Positions 9,943 to 19,353 of a DNA stretch of 64,000 nt are shown piece after piece. The DNA comes from Candidatus Latescibacterota bacterium (GTDB lineage Bacteria > Latescibacterota > UBA2968), in NCBI GenBank assembly GCA_965204745.1, contig OZ242010.1, forward strand, positions 1,536,001 through 1,600,000. Reading direction: 5' to 3'. Both the position numbers and the translations under genes were made by a program. Under the pieces are notes generated by a model. The model was given only the letters and a program-made list of their open reading frames with translations, did not search any database and had not been told where the DNA came from. How positions within the stretch are numbered: the first letter of the stretch is position 1; each line of letters starts with the position of its first letter.

Positions 9943-10195
9943 TGGTCTTTTGGGATGGCATTGTTGCAATGGCTTCTGTGAACGACTGCGGAACGTCAAG
10001 GAGATCATTTGCTGTCAGCATATCACATCAGGCCAACAGAAAATCAATTTAGTACAAATCCATTTTGAATGGAGACACAAGAATATGGCGAGGGTATTTT
10101 TTGCCCTTGAAAACCTCAAAATGAGTGCTTATATTCTTCGCGAAAGCAGAGGATTTTGGCTCGTAACACTATTATTTTTTTAAGGCTTAATTTCG

Positions 10196-11080
10196 ATGAA
10201 TGCGTTCGATAAAGATGGGCAAGTGATTATTTGGGGCGATGCGATCAACGCGCTAAAAAAAGAAGTTCCCGATGCGTCTGTCGATTTGATTTTTGCTGAT
10301 CCGCCCTACAATATTGGCAAAAAATTTAATGGGAGAAAAGACGAATGGCAGTCCGATGTGGACTACCTTGAATGGTGCTATAGATGGCTGGATATATGCC
10401 TATCGAAACTAAATGAAACGGGTAGCTTTTATCTGATGGCAGCAACTCAAAATATGCCGTATCTGGATATTTATCTCCGAAATAAAATACATATCCTCTC
10501 TCGCATTATGTGGTACTACGACAGTTCGGGTGTGCAGGCAAAAAAATATTTCGGTTCACTGTATGAGCCGATTATTTTTGCTGTGAAAGACAAACGGCAT
10601 TACACTTTCAATGCGGCTCAAATTCTGGTGGAGGCAAAAACGGGTGCGAAGCGAAAACTAATAGATTACAGAAAATCAGTGCCCGCGCTGTACAACACCA
10701 GAAAAGTTCCCGGCAATGTATGGGAATTTTCCAGAGTTCGCTATCGAATGGATGAATACGAAAATCATCCAACGCAGAAACCAATCGCATTACTTGAACG
10801 CATTGTAAAAGCGAGTTCAAATGCAGGTGACACTGTCCTCGACCCATTTTCAGGCACATTTACAACTTCTTATGTTGCCAAAAAACTGGGGAGAAAATCT
10901 ATCGGCATTGAAATTGATGAAGAGTATGTCAAAATTGGATTGCGACGGCTACAAATCGCCACCCACTATAAGGGCGAAAAATTAGAGCGCACGCCCCGAA
11001 CTTACGAGATGAGAAACGCCAAAAAACAACTGACATTTTTAGAGAACCCCCATGGAACACGCCTTTACACCACGGATTAA
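10196..11080 (+). CDS. Beta-class adenine DNA methyltransferase, YhdJ-like
   Basis: DPPY before HPTQKP and DPFSGTFTT; DSSGVQAKK and RVRYRMDEYENH segments resemble YhdJ. Confidence 0.9.
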   Translation: MNAFDKDGQVIIWGDAINALKKEVPDASVDLIFADPPYNIGKKFNGRKDEWQSDVDYLEWCYRWLDICLSKLNETGSFYLMAATQNMPYLDIYLRNKIHILSRIMWYYDSSGVQAKKYFGSLYEPIIFAVKDKRHYTFNAAQILVEAKTGAKRKLIDYRKSVPALYNTRKVPGNVWEFSRVRYRMDEYENHPTQKPIALLERIVKASSNAGDTVLDPFSGTFTTSYVAKKLGRKSIGIEIDEEYVKIGLRRLQIATHYKGEKLERTPRTYEMRNAKKQLTFLENPHGTRLYTTD

Positions 11081-12152
11081 AGCCATCTGAAAAGAGAAAT
11101 TTGGTGCTTTATCCGAAGCCATCTACGCGAAGAGTCCGTTGCTTCAGTATTTGAATCTCAAAACGGTCTCGGCTACTCGGGGGTCTAAAGCGAGAGGAAA
11201 TTTTGGCAATATCTATGCTGTATATGTTCTCGTTGAGGACTATGTTAAAGGGAATTTTCACGATCAGGGTGACTACGCCAATTATACCGGCGCACAATTT
11301 TCAGTGCTATTGAAGCGACAGCGTTCGCTTCCATTTGGCAGTAAGCTACAAAATCACGCGCTCAACCACAGGATGAATCAAGAATACAGAAAGCTCTTTC
11401 CCCAGTCCGATTTTACACCCATAATGCGCGATGTTGATACAAATCGGTATTGGATAAACGAGAATCTTTTAGAGATCGAAATAAGCGATAAAAAATTCAA
11501 TATTGCAGAGGCTGTCCTTGAAATTGTGAAGCAGTACATCAGAGCCAAACAAAGTGCTTTCGACGATTTCATCGAAACCTGCGAAAATTTGAAGCGCGTC
11601 AATAAAGAGAATGAATGGGAAACAAGAGACTTTATCTCGAGCTTGCTTGAACCAAATGTCGATGCAAGAATTTTTGAGATTGTGAGTTTTTCCATATTGA
11701 AATATTTCTACCGCGAGCAGATCGTTTTTTGGGGATTTGATATGGATACTATTGGAGGGGAAAATCTGAAACTTTACAAAACCGGACGCACCAATGCCAA
11801 TGATGGCGGTATTGACTTTGTAATGCGTCCTTTGGGACGATTTTTTTAGGTCACCGAAACTTTAGATGTGAGAAAGTACTTCCTTGATATTGACAAAATT
11901 GAACATTATCCAATTTCTTTTGTCATAAAATCCGAAGAGTCTGTTGAGAGCTTGACCCAAAAATTAGAAAACGGTGCAAGACGCCAATTTCCCGTCGAAA
12001 CAATCGTAAAAAGATATATGGACTGCATTGAAGAAGTAATCAATATCCCTGCTCTGAAAGAACGATTTGATGAAGCGGCACAAGAAAATCACACCAATAA
12101 TATTTTGGACGAAATTGTGAAGCAGAGCAAAGTTGAATTTAATTACGAATAA
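11052..12152 (+). pseudogene. Type II restriction endonuclease interrupted by two in-frame stops (TGA 11088-11090, TAG 11847-11849)
   Basis: One reading frame from ATG 11052 to TAA 12152 joins track ORFs 11139 and 11868; NDGGIDFV...FF*VTE PD-(D/E)xK-like site; overlaps the MTase 3' end; AT-rich. Confidence 0.8.
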
Positions 12153-12469
12153 ACCAAGCATGAGATTGCGTACTTTCTGAGATATTTGAAAATTTGGATT
12201 GAGCCATAACTGTAAGATGTTATGGCTTTTTTCAATCGTTAGGAGAAAGGAGTATGTGATGACGCAACAAAAGACAAAGCCGCGTTTCGGGAAAAGGGGT
12301 ACGCGATCAAACACAACGCGGTCAGGGCCAAACAAATAGAAGCCGTGTGCAACGTGATTTGGGATCGCCTCGACGCAGATCGCAATGACCCCAAAACATG
12401 AATCTAAGGCGGCAAAGAAGGGTCTCAAGGGATGGATGGACACGCGGCTTTTGACGCGCTGATCTACGA

Positions 12470-13810
12470 ATGGAGGACACCATGAACCAACCACTCAAAA
12501 TTTTCATGACCTATGCCCATGCAGATGCAGCGGCGAAGGACAAATTGAAAAGATGCCTCGCTGGGATGGCGAGACGAGGCGAGATCGCGTTTTGGCGCGA
12601 AAACGAAATGCTTCCGACCAACACTTGGCGGGAAGCCATTGCCAATCATCTCGCGGACGCGGACATCTTGCTCTATCTCGTCTCCCTCAACAGCCTTGGC
12701 GCCGCGCACTGCAACGGGGAATTGTCCGAAGCCCTGAACGCGGACAGCGGCCTGAGCATCCTCCCCATCCTCCTCGAGGCGTGCGATTGGCAACGGTATC
12801 AACTCAACCTCATGCAAGTTCTTCCTGACAGAGGCAGGCCGATTGACAAATGGCGGCCCGAGAGCAAAGGGTGGCAAAACGTAGAGGCCGGAATCCGAAA
12901 AGTCGTAAAAAAACGGGTTGCAGATCGAAAAAAATCCACCTCCGCCCCAAGAGTGTCAGATGATCAGATGGCGAGTTTTGGGCTGCAACTGGGCAACTTC
13001 AAGCTCCTCTTGGAACAAGAGGAAGCCGCCATAGAAGCCTATTCGCATGCCATCGCGCTCAAGCCCAACTTCGCCGAAGCCTACAACAACCGCGGCACGA
13101 TTCTCAACGAAATGGGCAAAGTTGACCTTGCCATACGAGATTTCAACAAGGCCATCGCATTGAGGCCCAATCTCGCCGAAGCCCATTACAATCGCGGCAC
13201 GGCGCATGGCTTCAAAAGCGACCACGACCGCGCGATGCAAGACTACGGTGAGGCCATCAAACTGAAGCCCAATATCATCGAAGCCTATTACAATCTCGGC
13301 GTGGCGCATGCCTTCAAAAACGACCTCAACCGTGCGATACAATACTACAACAAGGCCATCAAACTGAAGTCGGATTTTGTCATCGCCTATAACAATCGCG
13401 GCATTGCGTATCTCGGCAAACGCAAATACGACCTTGCGATCCGAGACTTCAACAAAGCCATAGCCCTCAACCCAATGGATGCCAGTCCATACGTCAATCG
13501 CGGCAGCGCGTACTACGACAAAGGCGACTACGACCGGGCCATCCAAGACCTCGACAAAGCGATGGTCCTCGAACAGAATCCCGCCGATGTCTATCGCAAC
13601 CGCGGCATCGCATATTACGCGCGCGGCATCGCACGGCTAAAGCAGAGCGAATGGGACAAGGCCAAAGAGGACCTGACCGTCGCCAAGGACATGCGCTTCA
13701 ACATTGCCGCAACATTTCGCCGCGAGCAAGGAGGCATCGCGGGCTTCGAGCGAAAATACGACCTTGTCTTGCCAAACGACATCGCAGCCATGTTGTGGTC
13801 TGGGTTTTAA
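12470..13810 (+). CDS. TIR domain plus TPR repeat protein
   Basis: IFMTYAHAD...ADILLYLVS...CNGELSEAL TIR domain, then about seven AYNNRG-type TPRs; start may be 12482. Confidence 0.88.
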   Translation: MEDTMNQPLKIFMTYAHADAAAKDKLKRCLAGMARRGEIAFWRENEMLPTNTWREAIANHLADADILLYLVSLNSLGAAHCNGELSEALNADSGLSILPILLEACDWQRYQLNLMQVLPDRGRPIDKWRPESKGWQNVEAGIRKVVKKRVADRKKSTSAPRVSDDQMASFGLQLGNFKLLLEQEEAAIEAYSHAIALKPNFAEAYNNRGTILNEMGKVDLAIRDFNKAIALRPNLAEAHYNRGTAHGFKSDHDRAMQDYGEAIKLKPNIIEAYYNLGVAHAFKNDLNRAIQYYNKAIKLKSDFVIAYNNRGIAYLGKRKYDLAIRDFNKAIALNPMDASPYVNRGSAYYDKGDYDRAIQDLDKAMVLEQNPADVYRNRGIAYYARGIARLKQSEWDKAKEDLTVAKDMRFNIAATFRREQGGIAGFERKYDLVLPNDIAAMLWSGF

Positions 13811-14000
13811 TCCGCGCAATCCCCAAATCCGCGTAATCCGCGATTCTGACAAGGGGCGGTGGATGTAGCAAATACAGACGCCACAAATAGAGCAGAGGAA
13901 GGGTGCGAGTAACTGTCTGAATCGCGGATTAAACGGATTAAGCAGATGAACGCGGGATTGGGTTGGCAGGTGGGGCGAAGAAAGTGAAAATGTAGAGGGC
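13808..14000. repeat. AATCCGCG/CGCGGATT repeat units (two, opposite orientation)
   Basis: TAATCCGCGCAATCCCCAAATCCGCGTAATCCGCGATTCTGACA and TGTCTGAATCGCGGATTAAACGGATT. Confidence 0.85.
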
Positions 14001-14093
14001 GCGAGTCGTGCAGAGAAAGTGGATGAAAGCAATTTTAGGGGCGTGGTCCCCGTGCCCGCCCAAGGATAATGACACGACAGGGAGTTCTGTAGC

Positions 14094-14378
14094 ATGGATA
14101 TTGGATTTATATGGGACGAAGACAAATATCGAGAAGTCCAAGGAAAGCATAATGTCAAGTTTTACGAGGTGGTTTCCGCATTTGATGATCAGGGCGGATA
14201 CGAAATCTCGGATCCAGCAGGCCATGAGGATCGGTGGATGTTGGTAGGCGCAACCGCCAATGGCCGGGTATTGGCTGTGATCTATTCCGAAGCAGATTTA
14301 CCACTCTATCGTCTTATCACCGCATTTGATGCAGGAGGGAGATTTCTCAATGAGTACTACAACAGAAGTGGAATTTGA
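14094..14378 (+). CDS. BrnT-family ribonuclease toxin
   Basis: FIWDEDK...KHNVKFYEV...EDRWMLVG...LAVIY...RLITAF. Confidence 0.82.
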   Translation: MDIGFIWDEDKYREVQGKHNVKFYEVVSAFDDQGGYEISDPAGHEDRWMLVGATANGRVLAVIYSEADLPLYRLITAFDAGGRFLNEYYNRSGI

Positions 14379-16611
14379 TTACCAAACCTATATGAAGGAA
14401 AATACCCCCGAAATTTATCGTGGGCCAGAGGCACGCCAAAAACGGCGGGAGGCCGCAGAAGCAAGGAAATTGCCTTTGCGGAGGAAAAACAGGGGCGAAA
14501 TTACCATAGCTACTGTTGCCGAGTTTCACGAACAATTGGGAAATCTCGGAACAGAGGACGAGACGAACTTCTTATATCGAGGCCAAGCCGATGTCAAGTG
14601 GTCGGTTGACTGTTCGGCGGCCCGACGCTTGACCAACTACTCTGCTAATCCGATTGATGACCAACTGATAAACTCTCTCCTCGTAGGCTATCTGGAGTTT
14701 CTTATCGCTAAGGCCAGAATGCGCGGTTTTATTTCACCCGGCCTTAGCGAAAATTCCGCTGACTTGGAGTTTTTGGCCCAATTACAACATCAAGGGGCCG
14801 CAACCGGGCTTATCGACTTTACCCGCCAGCCATTGGTTGCTCTATGGTTTGCCTGCAACGCGACCCGTAAAGCGGATGGTGCTGTCTATGTCCTTTCTCG
14901 TTCTGCAACACGGGCGGTAAGCAAACGCGACCTTGAGGATAAGACGATACAAGATTTCTATGAACAAAATAAATTGTGGTTGTGGCAACCTTCGGCAATC
15001 GGCAATCGCATTGTGGCACAAGGCTCCATTTTTGTCTTTGGTGTTCCGCGTATTTATCCAACTAAAATGAAACAACTGATCGTTCAGGCGGACAAAAAAG
15101 ATAACATTCTTAAAGAATTGGAGACCCTGTATGGCATCAACGAGGAAGAATTATTTGCCGATTTCTCGGGGTATGCTATCGCCAACGCATCTAGCAGAAT
15201 CTTTGATGTCAACCGCACTATTGACTACTGGCATGAACAAATTGAATTGGCATCGGATTCGAACGATAAAAAAAAAAAAGTGATGGCTCATTTTAATTGT
15301 GGGGTAGCTTATAGCGCGATTAAAGCCTTCAAGAAAGCTATTGAACAATACGGCAAAGCGATAGAACTCAACCCGAATTTTGCCATAGCCTATTACAACC
15401 GTGGCATTGCTTACGTCAACAAAGACAACTTTAAACAGGCGATACAAGACTTCGATAAGGCCATAGACCTGAAGCCATATTTTGCTGAAGCCTATAACAA
15501 CCGTGGCGTTGCTTACGGCAACAAAGGTGACTTTGACCAAGCGACACAAGACTACAGCAAGGCCATAGACCTGAAGCCAGATTATGCCGATGCCTATTAC
15601 AACCGTGGCGTTGCTTACGGCAACAAAGGTGACTTTGACCAAGCGACACAAGACTACAGCAAGGCCATAGACCTGAAGCCAGATTATGCCGATGCCTATT
15701 ACAACCGTGGCATTACTTACGGCAAAAAAGGCAACTTAAACCAGGCGATACAAGACTTCGATAAGGCCATAGACCTGAAGCCAGATTATGCCAAAGCCTA
15801 TCACAACCGGGGCGTTGCTTACGGCAACAAAGGTGACTTTGACCAAGCGACACAAGACTACAGCAAGGCCATAGACCTGAAGCCAGATTATGCCAAAGCC
15901 TATCACAACCGGGGCGTTGCTTACAGCGACAAAGGCGATTTTGACCAAGCGATACAAGACTACAATAAGGCTATAGACCTGAAGCCAGATTTTGCTGAAG
16001 TCTATAACAGCCGCGGCATTGCTTACAGCGACAAAGACGATTTTGACCAAGCGATACAAGATTACAACAAAGCCGTAGAACTCAATCCGAATAATGCTGA
16101 AGCCTATTACAATCGCGGCAATGCTTACAGCAACAAAGGTGACTTTGACCAAGCGATACAAGACTACAATAAGGCTATAGACCTGAAGCCAGATTTTGCC
16201 GATGCCTATCACAACCGCGGCATTGCTTACAGCGACAAAGACGATTTTGACCAAGCGATACAAGACTACAATGAGGCCATAAAACTGAACCCAAATTATG
16301 CTGAAGCCTATAACAATCGCGGCGTTGCTTACAGGATCAAAGGCAACTTTGAACAGGCGATACAAGACTTTAATGAAGCCATAAAACTGAAGCTGGATTC
16401 TGCCAAAGCCTATTTCAATCGGGGCTACACTTGGTTACATTTGGGCGAATGGGAAAAGGCCAAAACAGACTTGACCACCGTCAAGAACATGGGTGTGGAC
16501 ATCGTCGCCATGTTTCGTCTCCAATACGGAAGCGTTGCGGACTTTGAGCGGGAATACGGCCTTGAGTTGCCGGAAGACATCGCGGCCATGTTGACGCGGG
16601 AAAGTGTCTGA
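14350..16611 (+). CDS. FRG domain plus TPR repeat protein with a short N-terminal extension
   Basis: LYRGQAD, LQHQGAATGLIDFT...LVALWFAC, NRIVAQGSIF FRG motifs; about 12 TPRs encoded by 102-bp repeats. Confidence 0.9.
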   Translation: MSTTTEVEFDYQTYMKENTPEIYRGPEARQKRREAAEARKLPLRRKNRGEITIATVAEFHEQLGNLGTEDETNFLYRGQADVKWSVDCSAARRLTNYSANPIDDQLINSLLVGYLEFLIAKARMRGFISPGLSENSADLEFLAQLQHQGAATGLIDFTRQPLVALWFACNATRKADGAVYVLSRSATRAVSKRDLEDKTIQDFYEQNKLWLWQPSAIGNRIVAQGSIFVFGVPRIYPTKMKQLIVQADKKDNILKELETLYGINEEELFADFSGYAIANASSRIFDVNRTIDYWHEQIELASDSNDKKKKVMAHFNCGVAYSAIKAFKKAIEQYGKAIELNPNFAIAYYNRGIAYVNKDNFKQAIQDFDKAIDLKPYFAEAYNNRGVAYGNKGDFDQATQDYSKAIDLKPDYADAYYNRGVAYGNKGDFDQATQDYSKAIDLKPDYADAYYNRGITYGKKGNLNQAIQDFDKAIDLKPDYAKAYHNRGVAYGNKGDFDQATQDYSKAIDLKPDYAKAYHNRGVAYSDKGDFDQAIQDYNKAIDLKPDFAEVYNSRGIAYSDKDDFDQAIQDYNKAVELNPNNAEAYYNRGNAYSNKGDFDQAIQDYNKAIDLKPDFADAYHNRGIAYSDKDDFDQAIQDYNEAIKLNPNYAEAYNNRGVAYRIKGNFEQAIQDFNEAIKLKLDSAKAYFNRGYTWLHLGEWEKAKTDLTTVKNMGVDIVAMFRLQYGSVADFEREYGLELPEDIAAMLTRESV

Positions 16612-16827
16612 ATCGCGGATTAAACGGATTACGCGGATGAACGCGGATTGGGTTGGCAGGTAGGGCAGAGGGCGCAGATGACACAGACGCCGCAAGTGGG
16701 GCAGAGGACGCGGATTAAGCGGCGCAGGTGGGGCGAAGAATGCAGAAGGCATGAAAGACACAACGGCGGTAGGGCGGTGGGGGTAATCCGTGCAATCCCT
16801 TAATCCGCGTAATCCGCGATCCAGACA
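16605..16827. repeat. 223-bp element with terminal inverted repeats TGTCTGAATCGCGGATT...AATCCGCGATCCAGACA
   Basis: Ends are near-perfect reverse complements; the same units recur at 13808, 13914, 17589, 17853, 41101, 50541 and 58463. Confidence 0.85.
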
Positions 16828-16840
16828 ACTGGAGGTACCA

Positions 16841-17206
16841 ATGCCAGTGCAGGAAAAATTTCAGACAACTCAAGATCTGCTGGACGCCGCGGACCAGGAG
16901 TTCGCTGTTGGCAACGCGCTGCCGGCAACAGAGCGGCTGTGGGATGCTGTCAGGCATACCCTGACCACCATTGCCGAAGAAAAGGGCTGGCCCTGCGCCG
17001 ATGAAGATGACTTGTACCAAGTCGCAGAGCGGCTGAACGAACTCGACAAAGTGGGACTGGATTTTCTGTTGAGCGGATACTCAGCGGCGCAAGGCTATCC
17101 AGACAAAGTCCGCTATGGATTTTTTGATTTCGCCGATGGCGACGCCGACGATGTCCGCAAAGTGGTACACTGCGTTATCAACTTGGCACGAGAACTGGCC
17201 GACTGA
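16841..17206 (+). CDS. PaREP1/HEPN-like helical protein
   Basis: LLDAADQEFAVGNALPATERLWDAV; GGAGGT RBS. Confidence 0.7.
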   Translation: MPVQEKFQTTQDLLDAADQEFAVGNALPATERLWDAVRHTLTTIAEEKGWPCADEDDLYQVAERLNELDKVGLDFLLSGYSAAQGYPDKVRYGFFDFADGDADDVRKVVHCVINLARELAD

Positions 17207-17207
17207 G

Positions 17208-17573
17208 ATGACGACCACGCTACCATCATCAGATCATATCCAAATCGCACGGGAATTTCTAGACGAATCCGACCGAGAATTTGCCGTTGGAAAGGTACTG
17301 AAAGGATCGGAAATGTTGTGGGGAGCCGCCGCCCACGCGCTGATAGCGGTAGCTCTACAAAATGGCTGGCCTCACAACAGCCACGGGGCCATGAAAAATG
17401 TAGCACGGCGATTGCCCGATATTCCCAAGGAGCCTCATTGGCTCTCCGAATTTGCTACGGCGGAACGATTCCACATCAATTTTTATCATGGCAATATGAC
17501 CAGCCAAGCGATAACGCGCAACCGCCCGAAGGTGCGCCGTTTTATCGTCCGCCTACTGGACCTAACCGACTAA
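17208..17573 (+). CDS. PaREP1/HEPN-like protein, paralog of the previous gene
   Basis: FLDESDREFAVGKVLKGSEMLWGAAAHA...SHG...AERFHINFYH. Confidence 0.78.
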   Translation: MTTTLPSSDHIQIAREFLDESDREFAVGKVLKGSEMLWGAAAHALIAVALQNGWPHNSHGAMKNVARRLPDIPKEPHWLSEFATAERFHINFYHGNMTSQAITRNRPKVRRFIVRLLDLTD

Positions 17574-17588
17574 TCAATCATGCTTTTT

Positions 17589-17897
17589 AATCCGCGAAAT
17601 CCCCAAATCCGCGAAAATCCGCGATCCAGACACAGCGGTTGTGGATGGGCGAGGCACGCACACGGCAGGGCGGTGATGGGCCGGGAACGCACGGGTGGTT
17701 GGGCGGCGAGGTGAGGCCGCACGGGCGGATGGGTGGAGAGGACGGGCACGCACGGGAGGGGGTAAGGACACAGCGGAGGCAGGGCGGTGGGGGGATCTCA
17801 CCTCTTACTTTTCGCCTCTTACTTGGGGATAGGGCTTGCGGCAGGGCGGTGGGTAATCCGTGAAATCCCCAAATCCGCGTAATCCGCGATCCAGACA
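17589..17897. repeat. Two direct AATCCGCG...CCAGACA units around a G-rich spacer and CTCTTAC heptamers
   Basis: Units at 17589-17632 and 17853-17897. Confidence 0.8.
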
Positions 17898-17910
17898 ATA
17901 GGAGGTTTTC

Positions 17911-19353
17911 ATGAATGTCATTTTAATCGTGCTGGACACATGGCGGCGCGATCATGTGGGGTGTTATGGCAATGAGTGGATTCACACGCCGAACATCGAC
18001 CGGTTCGCCGAGCGAGCCGCCGTGTTTGACAATGCGTACTTGGCGTCGTATCCCACGTTGCCGTGTCGGCGCGACATTGCGACCGGGCGATACGAATTTC
18101 CGTGGCGGGGCTGGGGCGGGCTGGAGCCTGACGACGTGACCCTGGGCGGCACCGTACACGAGGCGGGCAAAGTGTCCTACTTTTTCACGGACGTGTACCA
18201 CCACTGGACGAGCAACCCGGGCAGTGGCTATTGGCGGCCCTTTTCCGGCTTTGATATCGTGCGCGGGCAGGAGCGCGACCGGTATATCACGGATGCGGAC
18301 GTCGCCTTTGAGAATCGCACCTTGGACTATCCCCCGCACAACAAACCGGATCAACCGCACTTCCGCAACGCGCAGTACATCCGCAGAGAAGAGCGCGACT
18401 GGTTCTCGGCGCAGTTGTTCTCGCGGGCCGCGCGGTGGGTTCAGCACAATGCGGACCGGGAGTTCTTTTTGATGATCGATTCATTTGACCCGCACGAGCC
18501 ATGGGACCCGCCTCGCCATTACGTCACCTTGTACGACGATTCCGACGAGGCGGTCAACGAGTATCCGGTCGCGCCTTACGACTGGGTCAAAGGCAATCTA
18601 ACCGAAGCGGAATTGAAGCGCGTGCAGGCGATTTACGCGGGCGAAATCACGATGGTGGATCGGTGGGTCGGCCACTTTCTCGATCAGGTTGCGACCATGG
18701 GCTTGATGGACGAGACGATGATCATCCTCGCATCCGATCACGGAACGCACAATGGGGACCACGGGCGCACCGGGAAAAACTGGGTGTTGTGGAATGAGAT
18801 CACGCGCATTCCCCTCATCGTTTGGCATCCCGCCTGGGGGCACGGCACGCGCCCCGGGCAATTTGCACAGCCCATAGATTATTTCCCGACGGTGTTGGAC
18901 GCGATGGGCATCGCAGTGCCCAAAGGCGTGCAGTTGCACGGTCAAAGCCTGTTGCCCTATCTCCGGGACGGGCACGCGCCGGGGCGGGACGCGATTTTGT
19001 ACGGGCAATTTGCCGGGACGTGCAACCTCACAGATGGCGAGTACGCGTTGTTGCAAGGTGTGGCTGAATCCAACCCGCCCGCGTACGCGTATTCGAGCAT
19101 CATCGCCAACCGCAATCAATTCGATTGGGATGCGGACGCGCTCAGGTGTAAATTGACGCCTGCGCGCCACCCGGAAAAACACAAAACGCGCTTGTACCAC
19201 CTGCCCTCGGATCCCAAGCAGGAAAACGATCTCGCGGCCAAAGACCCCGATACCTTGGCCCGCATGCAAAAGTTGATGGTCGAAAAATTGCGCGCGATTC
19301 ACGCGCCATCGGAATTGGCGATCCGCTTGGGCCTCGCCAAGGAGCGCACATGA
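17911..19353 (+). CDS. Sulfatase-family hydrolase with Thr at the formylglycine position
   Basis: NVILIVLDTWR, TPNID, TLPCR, FDPHEPWDPP, SDHG. Confidence 0.88.
   Translation: MNVILIVLDTWRRDHVGCYGNEWIHTPNIDRFAERAAVFDNAYLASYPTLPCRRDIATGRYEFPWRGWGGLEPDDVTLGGTVHEAGKVSYFFTDVYHHWTSNPGSGYWRPFSGFDIVRGQERDRYITDADVAFENRTLDYPPHNKPDQPHFRNAQYIRREERDWFSAQLFSRAARWVQHNADREFFLMIDSFDPHEPWDPPRHYVTLYDDSDEAVNEYPVAPYDWVKGNLTEAELKRVQAIYAGEITMVDRWVGHFLDQVATMGLMDETMIILASDHGTHNGDHGRTGKNWVLWNEITRIPLIVWHPAWGHGTRPGQFAQPIDYFPTVLDAMGIAVPKGVQLHGQSLLPYLRDGHAPGRDAILYGQFAGTCNLTDGEYALLQGVAESNPPAYAYSSIIANRNQFDWDADALRCKLTPARHPEKHKTRLYHLPSDPKQENDLAAKDPDTLARMQKLMVEKLRAIHAPSELAIRLGLAKERT

Noticed and set aside
11088-11849. Stop-codon recoding (Sec, Pyl or alternative code) in the REase
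   Set aside because: One TGA and one TAG; both codons terminate other genes in the window normally
12259-12460. Possible small gene after an AAGGAG RBS
   Set aside because: Only 26 codons, with no recognisable motif
15380-16420. Diversity-generating retroelement TR/VR pair
   Set aside because: The repeats are tandem in-frame TPR units and no reverse transcriptase is present in the window
13808-17897. CRISPR array or classical integron
   Set aside because: No constant-length repeats with unique spacers, no cas genes, no attC GTTRRRY pattern recognised and no integrase
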